A stretch of 63,648 nt of DNA, the filler included, from Octopus bimaculoides (lineage: Eukaryota): assembly GCF_001194135.2 (NCBI RefSeq). It is 8 parts of 8 records of this genome, joined end to end, with 100 filler letters (N's around TTAATTAATTAA, not from the genome) between each part and the next. Parts side by side here need not be neighbours in the genome. Positions count along the whole stretch, not along the records: positions 45,353 to 59,459 come from NC_068983.1; positions 59,560 to 61,683 come from NC_068996.1; positions 61,784 to 63,648 come from NW_026344522.1; 5 more parts are not named here. One strand, given 5' to 3'. Positions within the stretch are counted from its first letter, which is position 1; every line of letters starts with the position of its first letter. A model generated the notes under the pieces. That model did no database searches. It saw only the letters and a program-made list of their open reading frames with translations, and was not told where the DNA came from. The translations under genes and the position numbers were made by a program. Below, in pieces: positions 52,981-63,648 of the stretch.

Positions 52981-54367
52981 CATTATACTCAACTTTGTTT
53001 TATATCAGGGGTCCAAACCTGGGTTGCCTACACCCTCTGGTTGTCTATGATGGCATTTCAATAGATGACAATGTAGGAAAGTACATATGTTATTAAAATC
53101 AATTTTACAAATAAAATTATCAACTTTTAAAAATAGCAGTATTGCATTAAGTACACCAATTATTTTATCATTCTACTTATTATGACTAAAGAATCTGTCC
53201 TCATTCCATTTATATCAACACATTTGTATAAACCTGAATTCAGTTCTTTTCTGTCAATCAAGACAAAATGAAAGAATTATTTGAATCCACAGGCAGATCT
53301 CTGGATTGGAACCAGTTAGACAGTTTCATGATTTAACAAAGTTGCAAATGAGAAGCAGGAACAATCAAGTCATTGTATTTTATGTTCATAATTGCTGTTA
53401 ATTTCACCGTTTATTATTTTCCCCACCTACTCAATCTGCACTTACATTTTATTTACTGAGTCCAAAGCTTAATTTTTTAAACTTTTATATTTAATTTGGT
53501 CTTCCACAGTAGTGAATGTGAGTCAATTAAAAAATGAATAAATTATTATAAAATCAAACTTTTTCACTTCACTTTTAAACGTGATACTGATTCATCAATG
53601 TTTTCATTTTCAAATATGATATTAACTTTGTACGGGTATGAAATTTAATCAAATATATTTTTGGATTGAGTGTTACAGAAAATATTGGGAAGCACTGTGT
53701 TATGTATGTAGCTGGTGTTTACATATCTGAGGTATTTTGGAAGTATCTGTGCTCTTTACAGGTTGACAATTGACAAATTCTAGTCTTATTTCGTTGTTGA
53801 ATATCTTATCAGTAGAAATGGTATCAAATAGTAAAAATCAATTGCTCCTATAAACAAAGGCATTCCACCTATGCAAACCTGATAAGAGAGCATCTACTTA
53901 AAAGCAAAAGATCATTAAATAAGAAATGTTTGATCTTTGTCAAGATGTTAGTTATTCAAAGTTTAACTGGTTTTAAAACTACACAAATTACACAAACCTG
54001 TTTAGAAGAAAAAAAAAAGAAGAAAATAAAATAAAGCAAAACAAAATGTGAACTGTAAATTAATACGTTTTTAATTAAGCTGTTGTTGATTTAAAATGAA
54101 ATAAAATGCCAATGTTCATGCAATAAAAAGTAAAACTGTTGATTTTAAACTGAAGACTATAAATCTTTAAATTTATCTTATCAATTAAAATATCTTTAAT
54201 TTAAAACTAATTGGAAATGTATTTTATTCTTATATCCCTAGAGGTAAGAAATTAAACTTAGATCTAAATCGAATTAAAAAAATAAGAAAATGTCATTTTC
54301 TTCCTTCAAAAATTGTATACAAATATTCTATTATCTCTTATGGAAAACATTATTTTGACTTTTGCAG

Positions 54368-54464
54368 ATGGAAAATATCTTGGACCGTATGCAAGATGAA
54401 AATACTGGAGTACCTGTGAAAACAGTAAAAAGTTTCATGTCAAAAGTCCCCAGTGTTTTTACAG
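54368..54464 (+). CDS. RGS7: Internal coding exon of an R7-family regulator of G-protein signalling (RGS7/RGS6/EGL-10-like), N-terminal DEP domain
   Basis: Acceptor ttttgacttttgcag|ATG and donor ACAG|gtatgt bound 97 bp (phase 0 to phase 1) encoding [32 protein letters not shown](G). This closely matches the R7 RGS motif I recall from human RGS7 ([33 protein letters not shown]). Paralogue assignment (RGS6 vs RGS7) cannot be made from one exon. Confidence 0.9.
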
Positions 54465-54923
54465 GTATGTTGTGCAACATTAAACTTTTTTTTGTGTGTA
54501 TGAAACAACTCAAATTTATTGTGGTTGAAGGGCAAAATACAAAAGTAGTGACTTAGTGGATCAATGATGGAAATATAATAAAAAAAACTACTGATGTGAA
54601 ACTAGCCTACATACTCAATTCTCTATGCTGCTATATTATAATATACATACATTATTTACATATATATGTTTATGTATATGCATATATGTATACATGTATA
54701 TGTTTATNNNNNNNNNNNNNNNNNNNNNNNNNNNNNNNNNNNNNNNNNNNNNNNNNNNNNNNNNNNNNNNNNNNNNNNNNNNNNNNNNNNNNNNNNNNNN
54801 NNNNNNNNTATATATATAATCCTCTTTCTTTTCTTTCCTTTGCTGAGTGTCCAATAGCACTGTACTTATTCTACATTCTCGCGTTGCTTTTTCGTGTTTT
54901 TTCTTGCTTGTTCATGTTAGGAT

Positions 54924-54963
<40 letters not shown>

Positions 54964-55758
54964 AATGTATGTATGTATGAATTTATGCATGTATGCTTAT
55001 ATATATGTGTATGCATGTATGCGTTTATATATATAGATATACATATATATACATATATATATATGTATATGTATATATACATGTACATAATGTTGAAGCT
55101 GCAGATTGAAGATTGTACTTTTCAGTTATTTCAAAAAATTTTTCATCCTCGTCTCCAGGTGCTCTCCCTATAGTCAGCAAGACTGACAGATGCCATCCAT
55201 CTATCCAAAACCTACCTACATCCATACATTCTCTCAATATTACCACATCTGGTGGCAAGCTGGCAAAATCATTAGCATGCCGGGTGAAATGCTTAGCGGT
55301 ATTTCGTCTGCCCTTACGTTCTGAGTTCAAATTCTACCAAGATTGACTTTGCCTTTTATCCTTTCAGAGTCAATTAAATGAGTACCAGTTACACACTAAG
55401 GTCGATGTAATCGATTTAATCCCTCTGCTCATCCTTGTTTGTCTCTTCTATCTTTAGCCCCCTGTGGGCAATAAAGAAATGAATATTACTTCATCAGAAT
55501 AAGACTACATTTTGAGATAAATCATTTGGAATATTTCCAATCAAACATACATGGCATGAAACTCTGAGTGGTAATGCAGTGAACTGTCTCTCCATGACCA
55601 CTAATGATACATGTCAGAAAGTGTATCCAGATGTAGAAGCCATACCATTTATAATCACAGTAACTCTCAGTAAGTATTGACTCAGATTGTAAGAATCTGT
55701 TCAATTCATGCCTGCATGAAAAATAGACATAAAAGGACATAATATGATGATGATGGGC

Positions 55759-55798
<40 letters not shown>

Positions 55799-56019
55799 CA
55801 TACACGTATTTACATATATATACCCACACACACACACACACACATACATCTATATAGGTGCAAGTGTGGCTGTGTGGTAAGAATCTTGCTTCCCAACCAC
55901 ATGGTTTTGGGTTCGCTGTGTAGCACAGCACCTTGGGTTAAGTGTCTCCTAATATAGCCTTGGGCCGACCAAAGCCTTGTAAGTAGATTTAGTGGATGGA
56001 AACTGAAAGAAACCCATCG

Positions 56020-56050
<31 letters not shown>

Positions 56051-59000
56051 TCTTTNNNNNNNNNNNNNNNNNNNNNNNNNNNNNNNNNNNNNNNNNNNNN
56101 NNNNNNNNNNNNNNNNNNNNNNNNNNNNNNNNNNNNNNNNNNNNNNNNNNNNNNNNNNNNNNNNNNNNNNNNNNNNNNNNNNNNNNNNNNNNNNNNNNNN
56201 NNNNNNNNNNNNNNNNNNNNNNNNNNNNNNNNNNNNNNNNNNNNNNNNNNNNNNNNNNNNNNNNNNNNNNNNNNNNNNNNNNNNNNNNNNNNNNNNNNNN
56301 NNNNNNNNNNNNNNNNNNNNNNNNNNNNNNNNNNNNNNNNNNNNNNNNNNNNNNNNNNNNNNNNNNNNNNNNNNNNNNNNNNNNNNNNNNNNNNNNNNNN
56401 NNNNNNNNNNNNNNNNNNNNNNNNNNNNNNNNNNNNNNNNNNNNNNNNNNNNNNNNNNNNNNNNNNNNNNNNNNNNNNNNNNNNNNNNNNNNNNNNNNNN
56501 NNNNNNNNNNNNNNNNNNNNNNNNNNNNNNNNNNNNNNNNNNNNNNNNNNNNNNNNNNNNNNNNNNNNNNNNNNNNNNNNNNNNNNNNNNNNNNNNNNNN
56601 NNNNNNNNNNNNNNNNNNNNNNNNNNNNNNNNNNNNNNNNNNNNNNNNNNNNNNNNNNNACTTACCACACAGCCACATATATATATATGTAAAATTAAGA
56701 AAAGAAAATGGAGAGTTAGTGGTTAATATTTATTTATTAATAAATTTATATTCATTTCTTCCTACAGCTGTTTCCATTTGTACTCATTGAATAAAGTACA
56801 AATTTATGCTTTAAATTTGCATTTATAAGTTATGAGCAAAATATCATCAGGCAAAAGTTAGACATTAAAACTTACATGTTGACCTATCTGTTCATTCCAA
56901 TAGACTGTTGGAATAAGCCCTGGAGCCAATTTCTTCAACTATAACCCTTGAAGGTGGTGCTCCAACATGACCGCAATGAAATGACTAGAACAAGTTAAAG
57001 AATATATATATATATATATTTGTCAGTGTTTAGGCATAAGTGAACTTGAGTTTAGTTAAAATATGTTTGTGACATATTTTAACTTTTAAAGGCAAATTCA
57101 CTGCAGTTAGTGTGGAGAAAAAATTTTATCTTTTGGTAAAAGGTGTAAAAATATGATATCTGTCCAGTGCTGCCTCCCTTTCAGATTCCCAGATACTGTG
57201 TTTCTAGCTTTTTAGCCATTATCAATGAGAATTACTGAAGAGAGGTAACTCTGGAAAGATTTAAAGCTGTAGTTTTATATATATATGTGTGTGTTAATGT
57301 TATTCTAGGTGGTGACAAATTCAAAAGGAATGATGCCAGGTCACTTAAAATAATGTACTCAAAAGGCTGAGAGTGAATAAAAAATATTCAATCTCTAATC
57401 ATTAGCCCAACAAAATACATATTTTGTTTTACTTATGGTTCGTCACCATAGATCAGGGATACACAACCTTTTACATCCAAAGGGCCAAACCATGAATTCA
57501 ATAACTCAAGGTGAGCCACAAAGTATATCACATATTTAAGCTTGTCTGCCATTGGAAGGGGTCAAATAATGCTGTAGAAAATTTTAAAATATTTCAGTTT
57601 TGATATATACATAAACGTGTACCAAAATATGCATGTAGAAAATCAGTGTTACATAAGGAATAATAAATTTATACATACATCTATTCTGAAATATAATAAC
57701 ATACCTTGCATATGAAAAGACAGTGATGCAGCACAGGCACAACCTTCTTGTACGCCAGGCAACGAGCTACTGGAAACTAAATTATAGGCAACAAGCATCC
57801 TAAACTTGCTTAAAGCATGTTCTAACAAGTTCATACCTTGTACTCCGCAAAAAAGGAGTGGGTTTTGATGGATATGACAATTTACTCAATAAAGACATGA
57901 AGGAAACTAATAAAAGGAAATATAATAATATAAGTTCATAAATAAATACTATTACATGTGTTTTCAGTGTGTGATTGTGGGACAAACAGTTCGCTATGTT
58001 AATTTTCAGTTATTTAATTAAATAAGGAAGTCTTTGCAAAATGGTTTTGCAGGCTGCAAAAAAATGCTTTTGTGGGCTGCAGGTTGTGCATTGCTGCCAT
58101 AGATGAACAATATATATATTTTGTTGGACAAACAATTATGGATTAACTATGTCTTCCTCTGTCACTTACTATTTCCCTCCTACTCACTCAATCATCCTTT
58201 CTGTCCTTCATTCATACTCCTCCTTTGCACCCTTCTGTTACTGCTGCTATATGTGACTAATTTAAATCCCTTTCCTTCATTCTATCATTTGTGAATACTG
58301 CTGAGGTTAGACTTTCTTCATTGAAATTATTTTCCTCTTGTTTACAATGAGACTAAATTCTTTTTCTTTGTGCTTGTAACTGGGATGTTTGTTGCTTTTT
58401 CCATGCCTTGTCAAAGCATTACAATACATCTGTGTATGTATATTTCTATAGAACTGTATTACATTTTTTCAGTCCATAGTGTGCCTAGTGTGCCATCTCC
58501 CTTATTTCTTGTTGTCCCATTCATTTTATATTCATTTCTATATAATATCTACCAACTAAGTGATATAAATTATCACTAGAGCAACAAGAGGAGTAGTGCC
58601 AGAGAATTTAATGTCTTCAGACTTTGAAAGTGCTAGGCTAAAATGATTCTGATCTCCAGGGCTGATGATAGGTGTTTCATTTTTTAATTTGTTCTTTTCC
58701 ATTAATCATTTCTTTCTTCCATTTCGATTTTTACTATATATATATATGTGTGTGTGTGTGTGTATGAATATATATATATATATGTATGTATGTATACATA
58801 TATATATATATATATATGTATGTATATATATATATATACATATATACACACACACACACTATATACAGTCAGCTGTAGAAATAAGTTGCAACGTCACACG
58901 TGCCAAGCTGTATTGGCCATTGCCTTCCCCTTGGATAACACTGGTGGCATGGAGAGGGGAGACCAGTATGCATGGGCGACTGCTGGTCTTCCATAAAACA

Positions 59001-59089
59001 ACCTTACTCGGACTTGTGCCTCAGCAGATAACTTTCTAGGTGCAATCCCATGGTCAGTCATGATCGAAGGGGGTCTCAGCATATATAGA

Positions 59090-59093
59090 TATG

Positions 59094-59136
<43 letters not shown>

Positions 59137-59425
59137 ATGTATGTATATATATGTATGAATGTATGTATGTATATATNNNNNNNNNNTTATATATATGTAT
59201 GTATGTATGCATGTTTATATGTATGTGTGTATATATATATGTATGTATATATATGTGTGTGTATATATATATATATGTGTATGTATATATGTGTGTATGT
59301 GTATATATATATGTGTGTATATGTATATATATATTTATATATATGTATGTATATATATGTATACATATATGTATATATATATATGTATGTATATATATAT
59401 ATATGTATTATGTATATATGTGTAT

Positions 59426-59459
<34 letters not shown>
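59090..59459. repeat. (TA)/(TG)/(TATG)n tract
   Basis: Directly visible. Confidence 0.95.
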
Positions 59460-59559
59460 NNNNNNNNNNNNNNNNNNNNNNNNNNNNNNNNNNNNNNNNN
59501 NNNTTAATTAATTAANNNNNNNNNNNNNNNNNNNNNNNNNNNNNNNNNNNNNNNNNNNN

Positions 59560-61450
59560 TTATCAGTATGTTCAAATCCTAACTTTCTACAAAGCTCCCA
59601 GTGGATTACTCTCCCTAGATTGTCATGTCTTTTCTTGTATTCTTTCAGTGCCAACATGCTACATTCCTTTACAAAATGAGCAACGCTTTCCTCTTTTGAT
59701 TTGCATAATCTACATTGGGAATCTACTTGGTTATTTCTATTTTGGCGTTTATCCAATTAGTCCTTAATGCTTGATCTTCTGCTGCTACTAACAAACTTTC
59801 TTTCTCTCTCTTTAGCTTTCCCTTCTGCAGCCATAACCATGTCTCACTACTACTATTTTCTGAAACTATCTTTTGGAATCTACAATGCAACGCCTATTCC
59901 TGTCAGTCAGATAATTTCTGTTCTTTTGGTTTTTAAGTTCGTTTTGTGTTTAGGTTTCCTTATGTTTTGCTGTGACTCTAGCAACATCAATAAACCTTCT
60001 TCACTATTACCTACATAGGAGTCTATATCTACTCTAGCAAACTCCACGTAGTCTTCCACTGATATCGACCCTCTTCCACGTTCCTTTCTAGGTAGGTATA
60101 ATCTTTCTACTCCTGTACTTGGGTGGAGTCCTCCATTCATATCGAATTCTTTCCTACTTCTTCTGTCTACCTTTGCTAATTCAGTTTTTGTCCAGTCTAC
60201 AAAAGCTGCTGAGTATCTAAGTAATGATACTGCCCAGATATTTACAGCCTTCACTAGATTCGGACCATTTAGCTTTGACTTCATTAGCTTCCTCATCCTT
60301 TTGATGTACTCCTCAATTTTCGCTTTCATTTCTATAGTTAGTACTCTGTCAGATTCTAACACTCTTAGATACTTGTAACTCTTTCCTCCTTTCAATGATT
60401 TTAATGTCTGGCCATTTGGTAATTGGATGCCTTCGCTGTTGACTACCTGTCCCCTTCTCACGGCCAATATTGCACACTTATCTATGCCAAATGCCATGCC
60501 TATATCTTTGCTGTAGAGTCTTACAGTCTGTATTAAGGAATCTATCTCCTTTTCATTCTTACTAAAAAGCTTCAGATCATCCATGTAGAGCAAATGGTTA
60601 ATTTTTCCATTAATGTTTCTGAACTGACACCCTGCCTTTGCCTTCTTTAATACTAAACTGAGGGGGATCAAACTAATACAAATATTAAAGGGGAAAATGA
60701 GCCCCCCCCCCCCGGAAAATTCCTCTTTTGATATTAACTTTCCCTAACAATATAGATCTATTTTCCATTTCTTCATGCTAAAACTAATTATCTTATGTTG
60801 TCTGCTATACTGAACATACTTAAACATTCCCTTATCCATGAGTGTGGGATCGTGTCATAGGCTTTCCTGTAATCTAGTCATGCTATTGTTAGATTTTTCT
60901 TTCTAGCTTTGTCTATGTATAATAGATCATTCGTTCCTGCAATCTTCTTGTTCTTCTGGTAGTAAATTCTAGTTGTCAAGATGCTCGTAAATGCTTTCTG
61001 AAAACATTCCTATTAACAGCTTCCACACTAATGATAAGCATGTGATTGGTCCATAATTGCTAGCTGTATTACCCTTGCTCTTATCCTTCATAATGATTAT
61101 TGTCCTCCCTTTAGTCACCCAACCTGGTATTATTCCTCCATTAAGGCAATTCTGAAGTTGTTTCTTCAGCTTCCCATGTAATCTATTGAATTTCTTTATC
61201 CAGTACCCTTGAACTAAATCAGGTCCTGAGCCCTTCCAATTCGGCGTTTTTCCTAACACTTTACTCATTAATGCACTAGTTAATCTTAGATCTGGCTGCT
61301 TCTCACTACTTCCTCCATCGCTTTCTTTAACCATACTGCATCTCCATTATGATTGACTAGTTTATCCCCAATATTACTCCAGAACTTTCTAGCTTCCTCT
61401 GCATTAGTTTTCTCATCTACAGTACTTCTTTCTCTACTATTTATCTAGTA
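59560..61450 (-). mobile_element. R4/Dong-like LINE internal fragment (RT plus CCHC finger), frameshifted
   Basis: TPNWKGSGPDLVQGYWIKKF, NYGPITCLSLVWKL, INHLLYMDDLKLFSK, CRLCKSKEESVAHFVKEC...YKKRHDNLGRVIHW. Confidence 0.93.
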
Positions 61451-61783
61451 ATAAAATTTCTGGTCTGTCTCAAAATTCATTGAATGGACAAAACTTTGAC
61501 TGAAAATATCAAAATTCACCTGAGTTTTTCGCCAATAAAGACAGGAAATTCTTTGAGCAGGAAATAATGGATCAAGATGGCAGAAGATACTGGAACGATA
61601 CGGTAAAATTATCATTGATTCAAATAAACCACTTTGCGTTTAAAACTTTTGTTTTATTTTCACTTAAAAAGACTTGATGGCCGNNNNNNNNNNNNNNNNN
61701 NNNNNNNNNNNNNNNNNNNNNNNNNNNTTAATTAATTAANNNNNNNNNNNNNNNNNNNNNNNNNNNNNNNNNNNNNNNNNNNN

Positions 61784-62985
61784 AAGAGGTCCAGCTTTGA
61801 TTTAAAAACGCCTACATTTACTTTGTAGATGTACAGGTTCCTCAGGCTCTTTAGGAGAGTATTAAAAAGTTGTTGGCCCCTGAAACCCAGGCTGTTGCAG
61901 TAACTGGTCCTGAAGCGCGTTGGCGTTGCTGGGATCTTTGGCCCTATTCAGTGTCGTTCCGTTCTGGCATTGGTGTAGCTTTCAATGCCAAAATTTGGNN
62001 NNNNNNNNNNNNNNNNNNNNNNNNNNNNNNNNNNNNNNNNNNNNNNNNNNNNNNNNNNNNNNNNNNNNNNNNNNNNNNNNNNNNNNNNNNNNNNNNNNNN
62101 NNNNNNNNNNNNNNNNNNNNNNNNNNNNNNNNNNNNNNNNNNNNNNNNNNNNNNNNNNNNNNNNNNNNNNNNNNNNNNNNNNNNNNNNNNNNNNNNNNNN
62201 NNNNNNNNNNNNNNNNNNNNNNNNNNNNNNNNNNNNNNNNNNNNNNNNNNNNNNNNNNNNNNNNNNNNNNTCCAGGCAGCTGAGGACGAATGTCCTCCAG
62301 AGGACCATCATGGCTTCCTTATCTCTGACTCTGAATGTTCTCAGGATCCAGCCAGCCAGTCGTCTGCACTTTGTCGCCANNNNNNNNNNATGTTCTCAGG
62401 ATCCAGCCAGCCAGTCGTCTGCACTTTGTCGCCATCCTGATAATGTGCAATTGGAAAGAGGTATCATCACTCATAACGATACCCAGTTCCCTCACTGATT
62501 TAGGCTCTGGGATTGAAATTCCCTGTAGACCTGTGTACCCTGTAAGTTTCATATTCAGTTTTGGATGCTGGTAGCGCAGGGCNNNNNNNNNNNNNNNNNN
62601 NNNNNNNNNNNNNNNNNNNNNNNNNNNNNNNNNNTTATCCTCAGCCCATCTGTGAATTGAGTCCAACTCCTACTGCAGATGTACAACTTCGATGGGGTTC
62701 TGTATTTCCTACGAGACATTCGTATCGTCTGCGTTGTTAGCAAGGGTGGCTATCCAGGCACTTGAGGGCATATCTGAGAGGGCCACTATNNNNNNNNNNN
62801 NNNNNNAAACAGTGCCCTGTAGAACACCGCTCACTATTTGTGTTTTCATTGAGGTGGCGCTATTGGCTACAACTGCCTGACTTCTGTCTTTCAGAAAGTG
62901 ATATAACCACTCTCCAAGTTTTCCAGCTATGTCGAGATCACGCAGTTTGTGGCATATTATACCATGACATATCCATATACAACAT
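61784..62985 (-). mobile_element. Degenerate CR1/L2-group LINE (RT to C-terminus), interrupted by N gaps
   Basis: HGIICHKLRDLDIAGKLGEWLYHFLKDRSQ, SGVLQGTV, NADDT, LGIVMSDDTSFQLHI..MATKCRRLAGWILRT, NSLGFRGQQLFN.L.KSLRN...FKSKLD. Confidence 0.85.
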
Positions 62986-63648
62986 ACACTGAATACATCT
63001 CTGTTAAAAATAAATATCTTCGTATTTTAATGTCGACATATAAGACACTGATATATCATTTTGTATGTCTGCTTTAACTTCTTTGTTATCTGCTATATCT
63101 ACTTTATTATTTATTATATTTATAAGATTAATGGTCATATATCACGCTACAAATTTAACAAGAACCATGCTCTTATATTTGTAAAAAAGTTTTTTAATAT
63201 AATACAAATCTACAAATCTACTTTCTACATATTTAATACACAAATTGTTTAAAATTACCTGCTCGTTTGACATAATACAAAGAATATCTGCTTACAGATG
63301 AGACATGATTTACTATCAAGTGCGTTAAGTATATACGTGAAATTAAATCTTCGGTTTCGGGATATAACTAAAACCACATTGTTGTAATGGCTTCCCAGAA
63401 GCATATTGTTTGTACAAGATTGATATCTTACATAATCACGCGTGTAAACTTTATCTTCTATCTTACTTTCTATCTACGGTCCATCTTATCTCAGTTACGA
63501 TATCATATCGCTCAGTTGTCTGTGACAGAGTATATCCTTCGATGTACACGCCCGTAAATAACACTCCAAGTCGACTCACGTAGGTAACATATAGAGCCTT
63601 GCTCATTGTAAAGTCATGTCTCACTTTTGTATTATCTTCCTTTATAAT

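Noticed and set aside
62335-62440. Short exact duplication around a 10-N gap in the CR1-like element
   Set aside because: Typical negative-gap assembly artefact.

Overview
Eukaryotic, AT-rich, repeat-dominated genomic DNA with no prokaryotic-type features. The tRNA-derived SINE families, microsatellite load and LINE content look like a coleoid cephalopod (Octopus-like); this is inferred from repeat recognition, not from a search. The window is a gapped scaffold: seven 100-bp artificial spacers (44N-TTAATTAATTAA-44N) split it into eight segments whose true adjacency is uncertain. The only confidently recognisable host coding sequence is a 97-bp + strand exon (54368-54464) encoding the start of the DEP domain of an R7-family regulator of G-protein signalling (RGS7/RGS6/EGL-10-like). 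Two plausible upstream exons (37626-37694, 39379-39457) lie in the same CpG-decayed, probably gene-body-methylated domain (~34.8-59.5 kb). The rest is mostly transposon-derived: eight R4/Dong-like non-LTR fragments (several abutting (TAA)n arrays), a CR1-like RT, a near-complete Tc1-like element with DD36E spacing plus a truncated copy, two mariner fragments, many SINE copies (one nested with a 14-bp TSD), three fold-back inverted repeats and a Penelope-type hammerhead motif. I found no convincing wholly new system. The best leads are a tandem, covarying 57-nt RNA motif in an R4-like 5' UTR, the hammerhead, and the CpG-decay domain structure.
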